Shown here in pieces: positions 51,554-60,334 of a stretch of 64,000 nt of DNA. The stretch is from an uncultured Actinomycetes bacterium (GTDB taxonomy: Bacteria > Actinomycetota > Thermoleophilia > UBA2241). The notes under the pieces are model-generated. The model was not told where the DNA came from, did not search any database, and saw nothing but the letters and a program-made list of their open reading frames with translations. How positions within the stretch are numbered: the stretch's first letter is position 1; each line of letters starts with the position of its first letter. The position numbers and the translations under genes are program-made. The stretch spans positions 1 to 64,000 of the forward strand of contig CAVWIH010000010.1 of NCBI GenBank assembly GCA_963755025.1. The letters are read 5' to 3'.

Positions 51554-53442
51554 GCGAACCCACGACCGTGCCCCAGGGCGTGCGCGTCGGCGTGGTGCCG
51601 GCGCCGGGCGGCAAGCGTCGCGTGCAGGTCTGCGCCGGCACCGCCTGCGTCTTTGCCGGCTCGCTCAAGATGTTCGCCGCCTTCGAGGCCGAGATCGCCG
51701 CGGCCGGACTGGCCGACGAGGTCGAGGTCGCCATCATCGGCTGCCACGGCCTGTGCTCGCAGGGTCCGCTCGCCGTCATCGCGGGCGAGGAGACCTACTA
51801 TCCCAAGCTCAAGGCCAAGCACGTCAAGCGCATCGTCGAAGAGCACCTGGTCGGCGGCAACATCGTCGAGGACCTGCTCTACGTCGAGCCCGGCAGCGGC
51901 GAGCGCATCGCCTGCTGGCACGACATCCCCTTCTACGCCCAGCAGACGCGCATCGCCTTGCGCGACGTGGGCAGCATCCACCCCGAACGCATCGAGGAGT
52001 ACGTGGCGCGGGGCGGCTACGCCGCCGCGCGCACCGTGGTCACCGAAAAATCGCCCGAGTGGGTCATCGACGAGGTGCTCGCCTCGGGCATCCGCGGCCG
52101 CGGCGGCGCCGGCTTTCCCACCGGCCAGAAGTGGAAGTTCGCCTATAACTCGGTGAGCGACCAGAAGTACCTCATCTGCAACGGCGACGAGGGCGACCCG
52201 GGCGCGTTCATGGACGCCTCCATCATGGACGGCGACCCGCACGCCGTGATCGAGGGCATGATCATCGGCTCGTACGCGATCGGCGCCCGCGACGGCTACA
52301 TCTACGTGCGCGCCGAGTACCCGCTGGCCGTCAGCCGGCTGCGCCTGGCGATCTCGCAGGCCGAGGAGCTCGGCTACCTGGGCGACCACATGTTCGGCTC
52401 CGACTGGAGCTTTCACCTCAAGATCAAAGAGGGCGCCGGCGCCTTTGTGTGCGGCGAGGAGACGGCCCTCATGGCGAGCATCGAGGGCCGCCGCGGCATG
52501 CCGCGCTCGCGGCCGCCGTTCCCGGCGGTCTCGGGCCTGTGGGGCAAGCCCACCAACATCAACAACGTCGAGACCTTCGCCAACATCCCCTGGATCATCA
52601 CGCACGGCGCCGCGGCCTACGCGGCCCTCGGCACCGAGAAGAGCCGCGGCACCAAGGCCTTCTCGCTGGCCGGCAAGCTGGTCAACGGCGGCCTCGCCGA
52701 GGTGCCCATCGGCTCGACCATCCGCGAGATGGTCTACGGCGTGGGCGGCGGCATCAAGGACGGCCGCGAGTTCAAGGCCGTGCAGCTCGGCGGTCCCTCG
52801 GGCGGCTGCGTGCCGGCCGCGCTGATCGACACGCCGATCGACTACGAGAGCCTGGCCGCCACCGGCGCCATCATGGGCTCGGGCGGCATGGTCGTCGCCG
52901 ACGACCAGACCTGCATGGTCGACCTGGCGCGCTACTTCTTGCAGTTCACCCAGAACGAGAGCTGCGGCAAGTGCGTGCCCTGCCGCATAGGCACCAAGCG
53001 CATGCTCGAGATCCTCGAGCGCATCACCGCGGGCGAGGGCGAAGACGGCGACATCGAGCGCCTGCAGAAGCTGGCCGCCACCATCAAGCGCACCAGCCTC
53101 TGCGGACTGGGCCAGACGGCCCCCAACCCGGTGCTCACCACCATCCGCTACTTCCGCGACGAATACGAGGCCCACATCTACGGCGGAGCCTGCCCGGCGC
53201 GGGCCTGCAGCGCGCTCATCAGCTACCACATCGACCCCGAGGCCTGCACCGGCTGCGGCCTGTGCGCCAAGAAGTGCCCGGTCGGCGCGGTGAGCGGCGA
53301 GCGCAAGCAGGCGCACGCGATCGACCTCGACGTGTGCACCAAGTGCGACACCTGCCGGCAGGTCTGCAAGTTCGGCGCGGTCGAGCGGCTGACCGGCGAC
53401 GAAGTGGGCGCTCTGGCGAGCGCCGCGGCGCCGCCGGCCTGA
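51550..53442 (+). CDS. NuoF/HydB-like NAD(H)-binding FMN/FeS subunit with N-terminal [2Fe-2S] and C-terminal 2x[4Fe-4S]
   Basis: CAGTAC..GCHGLC, RGRGGAGF, NGDEGDPGAFMD, CGEETAL, GGPSGG, ESCGKCVPCR and CTGCGLC..CP / CTKCDTC..C. Confidence 0.93.
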   Translation: MSEPTTVPQGVRVGVVPAPGGKRRVQVCAGTACVFAGSLKMFAAFEAEIAAAGLADEVEVAIIGCHGLCSQGPLAVIAGEETYYPKLKAKHVKRIVEEHLVGGNIVEDLLYVEPGSGERIACWHDIPFYAQQTRIALRDVGSIHPERIEEYVARGGYAAARTVVTEKSPEWVIDEVLASGIRGRGGAGFPTGQKWKFAYNSVSDQKYLICNGDEGDPGAFMDASIMDGDPHAVIEGMIIGSYAIGARDGYIYVRAEYPLAVSRLRLAISQAEELGYLGDHMFGSDWSFHLKIKEGAGAFVCGEETALMASIEGRRGMPRSRPPFPAVSGLWGKPTNINNVETFANIPWIITHGAAAYAALGTEKSRGTKAFSLAGKLVNGGLAEVPIGSTIREMVYGVGGGIKDGREFKAVQLGGPSGGCVPAALIDTPIDYESLAATGAIMGSGGMVVADDQTCMVDLARYFLQFTQNESCGKCVPCRIGTKRMLEILERITAGEGEDGDIERLQKLAATIKRTSLCGLGQTAPNPVLTTIRYFRDEYEAHIYGGACPARACSALISYHIDPEACTGCGLCAKKCPVGAVSGERKQAHAIDLDVCTKCDTCRQVCKFGAVERLTGDEVGALASAAAPPA

Positions 53443-53680
53443 AGGCCACGCGCCACGGGTCCCCGCCCCTCGCATTGACGGACGAGGTGCGATAGTCTGC
53501 GCGCCATCGGGGGGGAGCGCCGCGACATCCTTGCGTCGCGGCGCTTGTAGGCCCACACTGTCAGAAACCGACGCCCTCGGTGGGTCCGTTGTTCGAATCC
53601 TACGAGGCTTCGCAGTAGGTTGACATTTTCCGACTGTTGCATTGAAGTAAGTCAGTCGTCTATGTGATGAGGGGTCAGGG

Positions 53681-54172
53681 GTGACGTTCAGTCTCGACGC
53701 GATCGATCGCCAGATCGTCGCACTGCTTGCAGAAGATGGCCGCATCTCTTCAGCCGAGATGACGCGTCGCATCGGTCACGTCTCCGAACGCGCCGTGCGC
53801 TATCGCATCGAGCGCCTCACGCGGGCCGGCGTCGTCAAGATCACCGCCATCGTCAACCCCCAGGCCGTCGGCTACCGGGTGACGGGCGACGTGATCATCG
53901 AAGTCTCGCCCGGCATGCTGCAAGACGTCGCCGAACAGCTCTGCGGCCTCGATAACATCAGCTACGTCGCCGGCTCCGTGGGCGACGGCGATCTGAGCGC
54001 GCAGGTCTATGCGCGCGACACCGAAGACCTGTTGCGCTTCGTCGACGAAGTCATCGGCAAGGTCAGGGGAGTCTCACGCACGCGTACAGCCGTGGTCCCC
54101 TGGAAGCTAAAAGACATCTATCAGTGGCGCATCCCCGAGACGATCGGGGAGAAGGGAGGCGGCGGACTCTAG
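53681..54172 (+). CDS. Lrp/AsnC family regulator
   Basis: LDAIDRQIVALLAEDGR...SERAVRYRIERL and GDGDL. TTGACA upstream at about 53620. Confidence 0.9.
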   Translation: MTFSLDAIDRQIVALLAEDGRISSAEMTRRIGHVSERAVRYRIERLTRAGVVKITAIVNPQAVGYRVTGDVIIEVSPGMLQDVAEQLCGLDNISYVAGSVGDGDLSAQVYARDTEDLLRFVDEVIGKVRGVSRTRTAVVPWKLKDIYQWRIPETIGEKGGGGL

Positions 54173-54261
54173 CTCAGGTAGGTGTGCAAGATTTGGGCGA
54201 CCGGCCCGGGCTCTCTCCTTACTCGCCCGGGTGGCCGTTGAAGGGATCCAAGGGGGCGATA

Positions 54262-55893
54262 GTGTCTGAAGAACTAGCTTATGCACGTAAGGCAAGCGGC
54301 CTGGTGCGCGGCCTCTCCATGATGGACGCGTTCGCGGTCGGGTTTATGAACCAGGGCCTCACGCCCAGTATCTGGGTGGTCGTCAGTCTCGGTCTTGGCG
54401 TGTTCCTCGGCGGCAACCTCATCTACGCCGCCATCATCTCGGCGGTGTTCGCCGGCATCGGCTTCCCGCTCGTCTGGGGTATCCTCGGCGGCTCCATGCC
54501 GCGCTCCGGCGGCGAGTATGTGTACAACTCGCGCATCATCCACCCGATCTACGGCATCGCGCAGAGCTTCGGCGACGCCGCGATCTGGCTGATGTGGCTG
54601 TACGTCCTCGCGCCGCTGGCCGTCGACCCGGGCCTCACCATGACGTTCAACTACATGGGCTGGAGCGGCGCCGCCAACTGGCTGACCGACTCGAGCTGGC
54701 ACACCTTCATCGTGGCGAGCCTTTTCAACGTGGTCGGCTTTTTGTTCGTGGTCTTCGGCATCAAGATCTTCGCCCGCGTGCAGAAGATCGTCATGTTCTT
54801 CGGCATCGGCGGCTGCGTCATCATCGGCGTCGTGCTGACGATCACGTCGCGCAACTCGTTCATGGCGAAGTGGAACGCCGCGGCCCTCGCCAACCACGGG
54901 CCCACCTACCACTCGTTCGTCGCTCAGGTCGGGGTGCAGGCAGGGCGCATCATGCCCACGCACACCAACTGGAGCGCCACGTTCGGCACCATGGTCGCCA
55001 TGTCGTGGCTCTTCGCGTACGCCTACTCGATCGCCTTCATCGCCGGCGAGGTCAAGCGCCCCGACAAGTCGATCATCTGGGCCAACACGTTCGCCATCGC
55101 GGTGCCGTTCCTCTTCATGCTCTGGATCGCCATCGTGCTCTACAAGACGGTCGGCTTCCAGTTCCTGAACGCCACCGCCTGGAACGACAACAACGGCAAC
55201 ACGCTGGCCTCGATGGCCCACATGCCGCACGGCACCAACTTCATCGACCTCGCCGTGTACTCGTTAGGCTCATCGGCGACCTGGGCCAAGGTCCTGGCGG
55301 CTCTCATGGGCCTCTCGTACGTGGCCTTCACCGTGTGGTGGCTGGCGCTGTCGTACCTGGCCTTCCCGCGCATCCTGTTCGCGTGGGGCATGGACCGCAT
55401 GGGCCCGAAGTGGTTCACCGACATCAACCCGCGCTTCGCGAGCCCGGTCAAGAACCACATCCTCTGCCTCGTCCTCGGCCAGAGCCTGCTGATCCTCTAC
55501 TACGCGGCCCTGCAGAATCAGATGCAGAACATCGTGCTCACCGGCATGCAGGTGACCTCGGTCTTCATCCCCACGGCAATCGCCGCCCTGTGGTTCCCGT
55601 ACTCCAAGCGGGCCAAGGGCGTCTGGGATTCGTCGCCGTACAAGAAGTGGATGTTCCTCGGCCTGCCGGTCGTGGTCTGGGGCGCCGCAGTCGACCTCGT
55701 GTACCTCGGCATCCTGCTCTACTACTTCATCTTCAACTCCGCCGCCAAGCAGTTCACCGGCCCTTCGGTGATCCTCTTCGTCGGCGTCTGGGTGCTGGGC
55801 ATCATCTGGTACTTCTCCTGGAGTGCCTACAACAAGGCGAAGTCCGGCATGGACATCTCGGCCGTCACCTACGGCGAGCTGCCTCCGGAGTGA
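54262..55893 (+). CDS. APC superfamily amino-acid permease
   Basis: About 12-14 TM helices. YARKASGLVR, MPRSGGEY, IAGEVK.P and RILFAWGMDR..P. Confidence 0.9.
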   Translation: MSEELAYARKASGLVRGLSMMDAFAVGFMNQGLTPSIWVVVSLGLGVFLGGNLIYAAIISAVFAGIGFPLVWGILGGSMPRSGGEYVYNSRIIHPIYGIAQSFGDAAIWLMWLYVLAPLAVDPGLTMTFNYMGWSGAANWLTDSSWHTFIVASLFNVVGFLFVVFGIKIFARVQKIVMFFGIGGCVIIGVVLTITSRNSFMAKWNAAALANHGPTYHSFVAQVGVQAGRIMPTHTNWSATFGTMVAMSWLFAYAYSIAFIAGEVKRPDKSIIWANTFAIAVPFLFMLWIAIVLYKTVGFQFLNATAWNDNNGNTLASMAHMPHGTNFIDLAVYSLGSSATWAKVLAALMGLSYVAFTVWWLALSYLAFPRILFAWGMDRMGPKWFTDINPRFASPVKNHILCLVLGQSLLILYYAALQNQMQNIVLTGMQVTSVFIPTAIAALWFPYSKRAKGVWDSSPYKKWMFLGLPVVVWGAAVDLVYLGILLYYFIFNSAAKQFTGPSVILFVGVWVLGIIWYFSWSAYNKAKSGMDISAVTYGELPPE

Positions 55894-55906
55894 CCTGACA
55901 GTCCGC

Positions 55907-55943
55907 GTGGGGGGCGGGAGCCCTGCTCCCGCCCCCCACTTTT
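55907..55943 (+). terminator. Terminator-like hairpin between permease and phosphoesterase
   Basis: GTGGGGGGCGGGAGC-CCT-GCTCCCGCCCCCCAC followed by TTTT. Confidence 0.75.
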
Positions 55944-55963
55944 GTTCACGAGGAGCGTGATAG

Positions 55964-56896
55964 ATGATCAAACTGTTCTACGTCACAGATATCCACGGAT
56001 CAAACGTCTGCTACCGCAAGTTCCTGAACGCGCTGCCTATCTACGGCGTCGACGTCGCCGTGCTGAACGGCGACCTGCTCGGCAAGGTGCTCATCCCCAT
56101 GGTCGAGAAGGCCGGCGGGGGCTGGGAGTGCCACCTCATGGGCATGTACACCGAGATGAACACCGAGCAGGAGCTCGCCGACGTCAAGAAGATCATCGAG
56201 AACGCGGGCTACTACTGGATTCACCAGACCCGCGAGGAGTTCGAGGCCACCAAGGCCGACCCCAAGCAGATCGACAAGCTCTTCAAGCACGCCGCCTACG
56301 AGCGCATCCAGCAGTGGCTCGAGCTCGCCGACGAGCGCCTCGAGGGCAAGAGCCACCAGATGTACATCTGCCCGGGTAACGACGACTGGTGGGAAGTCGA
56401 CGACATGATCTCCTGCATGAAGGTCATCAAGCCGTGCGACAACCTCGTCGTCGACATCGACGGTCACGAGATGGTCTCGTGCTCGCGCAGCAACCCGACC
56501 CCGTGGGACACGCCCCGCGAGGAGTCAGAAGAAGACCTCGCCGTGCACCTCGACGAGCTCTGCAAGCGCGTCAACAACTACGAAGGGGCGATCTTCAACT
56601 TCCACGTGCCGCCCCACGGCTACTCGCTCGACCTCTGCCCCAAGCTCGACAAAGACATGAAGATGTCGGCCGAAGAGAAGATCCACGCCGGCAGCCTGGG
56701 CGCCAAGCAGGTCATCGAGAAGTATCAGCCGCTGCTGGGCCTTCACGGTCACATCCACGAGTCGCGCGGCGCCCAGAAGGCCGGTCGCACGCTCATGATC
56801 AACCCCGGCAGCGAGTACTCCGAGGGCATCCTCAAGGGTGTCATCATCATGCTCGACAAGAAGAAGGTGAAGGACTACGTCTTCACGCAGGGTTGA
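55964..56896 (+). CDS. Calcineurin-like metallophosphoesterase (Icc-related)
   Basis: Complete motif set TDIHG, NGD, PGND, FHVPP and HGHIHE, plus NPGS. AGGAG RBS. Confidence 0.9.
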   Translation: MIKLFYVTDIHGSNVCYRKFLNALPIYGVDVAVLNGDLLGKVLIPMVEKAGGGWECHLMGMYTEMNTEQELADVKKIIENAGYYWIHQTREEFEATKADPKQIDKLFKHAAYERIQQWLELADERLEGKSHQMYICPGNDDWWEVDDMISCMKVIKPCDNLVVDIDGHEMVSCSRSNPTPWDTPREESEEDLAVHLDELCKRVNNYEGAIFNFHVPPHGYSLDLCPKLDKDMKMSAEEKIHAGSLGAKQVIEKYQPLLGLHGHIHESRGAQKAGRTLMINPGSEYSEGILKGVIIMLDKKKVKDYVFTQG

Positions 56897-56954
56897 TCTG
56901 CATGCAGCGCGTCCCGAGAGCCTCCTTGTGGCCCAACAAAGGCGGTAGCAGGCG

Positions 56955-57767
56955 ATGAGCACCAAGCCCTTCATCCTGCCCAAGGACATACCGATCGAGC
57001 AGTACCCCAAGCCCGAAGCCTTCCTGGCCGAGGGCAAGCGGATCGTCGACGCGGCTCGCGAAGCCGGCATCGTCATGCGGGTCATGGGCCCGCTGGCGCT
57101 GCACTACTACTTCCCCGAGCAGATCGAGCTGTACGCCAGGCTCGAGCGCTTAGGCGAGCGCTATTTCACCGACATCGACTACGCCGCGTACGGCAAGACC
57201 AGCGGCAAGATGCCCAAGTTCATGGAGACGCTCGGCTACGAGTGCGACCTGCAGACCATGATGAGCTCGGGCAAGACCCGGCACATCTACTACGCCGGTC
57301 CCGTCCCCATGATCGACGTGTTCTTCGACAAGCTCGACTACTGTCACGAGGTCCTCTACAAAGACCGCCTCGAGCTCGACCCCTACAGCGTGTCGCTCGC
57401 CGACATCATGCTGCAGAAGTTGCAGATCTGGGAGATCAACGACAAGGACCTCAAGGACATCGAGTACCTGCTCACCACCGCCGCGATCGGCGACGACGAC
57501 ACGCAGAAGATCAACCAGTCGTACATCGCCAAGCGCTTCGGCGACGACTGGGGCTTCTGGTACACGGCCACCACCAACTTCGGCCGGGTCAAAGACCACG
57601 TCGACAAGGTGGCGGCGTTCACCGAAGAGCAGAGACAACACATCAAGGACCGCTGCGACCAGTTCCTGGCGCGCATCGAGGCCGAGCCCAAGACCAAGGC
57701 GTGGACCAAGCGCGCCAAGAAGGGCACGGACAAGCTCTGGTACAACACGGGCTTCTCGGACTGGTGA
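56955..57767 (+). CDS. Uncharacterised protein with nucleotidyltransferase-fold signature
   Basis: hhGPLAh..Y, then R..TDID (DxD), a third acid in IDVF and C-terminal KD..D. This pattern is typical of Pol-beta/AbiEii-like NTases. Confidence 0.65.
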   Translation: MSTKPFILPKDIPIEQYPKPEAFLAEGKRIVDAAREAGIVMRVMGPLALHYYFPEQIELYARLERLGERYFTDIDYAAYGKTSGKMPKFMETLGYECDLQTMMSSGKTRHIYYAGPVPMIDVFFDKLDYCHEVLYKDRLELDPYSVSLADIMLQKLQIWEINDKDLKDIEYLLTTAAIGDDDTQKINQSYIAKRFGDDWGFWYTATTNFGRVKDHVDKVAAFTEEQRQHIKDRCDQFLARIEAEPKTKAWTKRAKKGTDKLWYNTGFSDW

Positions 57768-57811
57768 CAGTCGGCGGTTCCCAGCTGCGGCCCTGAGGGG
57801 GGCGGCTGCAC

Positions 57812-57872
57812 GGGCGGCGGAGGTAGCGGCGACGGTCGGGGGGCCGTCGTCGCCCCGCCGCCCTTTTTCTTT
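57812..57872 (+). terminator. Rho-independent terminator after NTase-like gene
   Basis: GGGCGGCGG...GCGGCGACGG-loop-CCGTCGTCGC..CCGCCGCCC followed by TTTTTCTTT. Confidence 0.7.
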
Positions 57873-58125
57873 GGGCGCGCACGGGCGCGCACGGGCGACA
57901 GGCGCGGTCCGTGCGCCGCACCGGCCCCCGAGCCCGCGCCACCGCTGCTGTGCGAGCCTGCGGCCCGCTCGACACGCCGCTGGGAGTACGAGTTTCTTCC
58001 TATGTATTTGCAGCGCCGCTCGAGGTGGTGTAGGTTTTCGGCGTTGTGGAACGGTCGTCGCTTGTAGCGGCGACCCCGGGGGGTTGCCGCACGGCAAACC
58101 GCGGCAGGTAGCAGGAGGGAACGCG

Positions 58126-58329
58126 TTGGCCCGAGGAACAGTCAAATGGTTCAGCAATGAGAAGGGGTACGGCTTCATCGAGCGCGAAGAAGGTGAAGAC
58201 CTGTTCGTCCACTTCTCGGAGATCCAGGTCGACGGCTACAAGACCCTGAACCAGGGTCAGGCCGTCGAGTTTGAGATCGCCCAGAGCGACAAGGGCCTGC
58301 AGGCCTCCAAGGTCGTGCCGGTCGGCTGA
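58126..58329 (+). CDS. cspA: Cold-shock protein
   Basis: [15 protein letters not shown] and DLFVHFS. TTG start after AGGAGG. Confidence 0.95.
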   Translation: MARGTVKWFSNEKGYGFIEREEGEDLFVHFSEIQVDGYKTLNQGQAVEFEIAQSDKGLQASKVVPVG

Positions 58330-58354
58330 CACCGACCCGAACCTTGTACCGCTC

Positions 58355-58401
58355 CGCGACCCCGCCGGCCCCACACGGGCCGGCGGGGTCGCGTTTCGTT
58401 T
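58355..58401 (+). terminator. Rho-independent terminator after csp gene
   Basis: CGCGACCCCGCCGGCCC-loop-GGGCCGGCGGGGTCGCG followed by TTTCGTTT. Confidence 0.85.
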
Positions 58402-58538
58402 GAGATGGGCCTGGCGGGGTCGCGTTCGTAGCGAGTCCGGAGCGCCGCTCGCCACGCTCGCCACGGGCCTCTTGCCCAGCGCGTCCTGTGGTACGATTGC
58501 AGGCCCGCGCGAGCGGGGTGTGTGAGGAGGACTCGCGT

Positions 58539-58823
58539 ATGATCGACCAAAACGATGTCCGTCACGTCGCCCGTCTGGCGCGGCTGCGCCTTGAGCCCGG
58601 CGAGGCCGAGCGCATGACCACGGAGCTCGCCAAGATCCTCGAGCACATCGACAAGCTCAGCGAGCTCGATCTGAGCACGGTCGAACCCACCGCTCATGTG
58701 CTCGCGGTGACCGACGTGGTGCGGCCCGACAAACCGCGGCCCAGCCTGCCGCGCGCCGAAGCGCTGCGCAACGCGCCCGCGGTGAGCGACGACTGTTTCC
58801 GCGTGCCCCGGATGCAGTCATGA
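58539..58823 (+). CDS. gatC: Asp/Glu-tRNA amidotransferase subunit C
   Basis: VRHVARLARL, VEPT.H and NAP....FRVP. Confidence 0.95.
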   Translation: MIDQNDVRHVARLARLRLEPGEAERMTTELAKILEHIDKLSELDLSTVEPTAHVLAVTDVVRPDKPRPSLPRAEALRNAPAVSDDCFRVPRMQS

Positions 58824-60334
58824 CGGCCGGTCTCGACCCACTGCGCCTGACGGCGCGTGAAGCCCGGCGCCTGCTGACCGACGGCGAGATCGCCGCCTCC
58901 GAGCTCACCAAGACCTACCTCGACCAGATCGCGCGCGTCGAAGGCAAGGTGCACGCCTTCATCCAGGTGACCGCCGACAACGCCGCCAAGTACGCCACCG
59001 AGATCGACCAGGAGATGGGCGCCACGCGTGGCGCCCTGGCCGGCCTGCCCACCGCCATCAAAGACAACATGGTCACCGAGAGCGTCACCACCACCTGTGG
59101 CTCGAAGATGCTCGGCAACTACCAGCCGGTCTACACCGCCACGGCGGTGCGCCGCATCTGGGGCGACCATATCGTCATGCTGGGCAAAGCCAACATGGAC
59201 GAGTTCGCCATGGGTTCGTCGACAGAGAACTCGGCCTTCGGCCCCACCCACAACCCCTGGGACCTCGGCACCGTGCCGGGCGGCTCGTCGGGCGGCTCCG
59301 CCGCCGCCGTGGCGGCCGGCGAGGCGCTGTGGGCCCTGGGCTCCGACACCGGCGGTTCCATCCGTCAACCGGCGGCGCTGTGCGGCGTCGTGGGCATGAA
59401 GCCCACCTACGGCGCCGTGTCGCGCTACGGCCTCATCGCCTTTGCCAGCTCGCTCGACCAGATCGGGCCGCTCACCCGCACGGTCTACGACTGCGCCCTG
59501 CTGCTGCGCCGCATCGTCGGTCGCGACCCCTGCGACTCGACCTCGGTGGCCCTGCCCGGCGAGATCGAGCTGCCCACCGCCGAGCGCCTCGACGGCCTGC
59601 GCTTCGGCATTCCCGCCGAGTACGTGGCGACCGGCATCGAGCCCGGTGTGCTGGCCCGCTTCGAAGCCACCGTGGCCCTCATCGAAGAGCTCGGCGCGAC
59701 CTGCGTCGAGATCAGCCTGCCGCACACCGAGTACGCCCTGCCGGCCTACTACATCATCGCGCCGGCCGAGGCCAGCGCGAACCTGGCGCGCTTCGACGGC
59801 GTGCGCTACGGCTACCGTTCGGAGCACGCCGCCGACCTCACCGAGATGTACGAAGCCACCCGCGGCGAGGGCTTCGGCCCCGAGGTCAAGCGCCGCATCA
59901 TGATCGGCACGCACGCCCTCTCGTCGGGCTACTACGACGCCTACTACGGCCAGGCCCAGCGGGTGCGCACGCTCGTGCGGCGCGACTTCGAGACGGCTTT
60001 CGCCCAGGTCGACCTGATCGTCTCACCGACCTCGCCCACGGTCGCCTTTGGCCTGGGCACGCGCACCGCCGACCCGCTCGCCATGTACCAGAGCGACATC
60101 TGCACGATCCCCGTGAACCTGGCGGGGCTGCCGGCGATCTCCATACCGTGCGGCCTGGCGGGCCACCTGCCGGTCGGCTTTCAGCTCATGGGGCCGGCCT
60201 TCTCCGAGAACCGCCTGCTGAGCGCGGCCCACGCCCTCGAAGGGGCGATCGGCTTCAGCGCCGTGCCCACCTTCACCGACTCGCGCGCCGCGGCGGGCGG
60301 GCCGGGCGGCACAACGGCCGAGGAGCGCTCATGA
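58820..60334 (+). CDS. gatA: Asp/Glu-tRNA amidotransferase subunit A
   Basis: IKDN, NMDEFAMGSSTE, GGSSGGS, GSDTGGSIRQP and EVKRRI. Confidence 0.97.
   Translation: MTAGLDPLRLTAREARRLLTDGEIAASELTKTYLDQIARVEGKVHAFIQVTADNAAKYATEIDQEMGATRGALAGLPTAIKDNMVTESVTTTCGSKMLGNYQPVYTATAVRRIWGDHIVMLGKANMDEFAMGSSTENSAFGPTHNPWDLGTVPGGSSGGSAAAVAAGEALWALGSDTGGSIRQPAALCGVVGMKPTYGAVSRYGLIAFASSLDQIGPLTRTVYDCALLLRRIVGRDPCDSTSVALPGEIELPTAERLDGLRFGIPAEYVATGIEPGVLARFEATVALIEELGATCVEISLPHTEYALPAYYIIAPAEASANLARFDGVRYGYRSEHAADLTEMYEATRGEGFGPEVKRRIMIGTHALSSGYYDAYYGQAQRVRTLVRRDFETAFAQVDLIVSPTSPTVAFGLGTRTADPLAMYQSDICTIPVNLAGLPAISIPCGLAGHLPVGFQLMGPAFSENRLLSAAHALEGAIGFSAVPTFTDSRAAAGGPGGTTAEERS

Noticed and set aside
53575-53620. 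tRNA or tRNA fragment (GTTCGAATCC)
   Set aside because: The flanks do not form a T-stem or cloverleaf.
51154-53772. Long antisense and alternate-frame ORFs (e.g. 872 aa, 769 aa, 637 aa)
   Set aside because: Shadows of real high-GC genes, with Arg/Ala/Gly-rich translations and no motifs.
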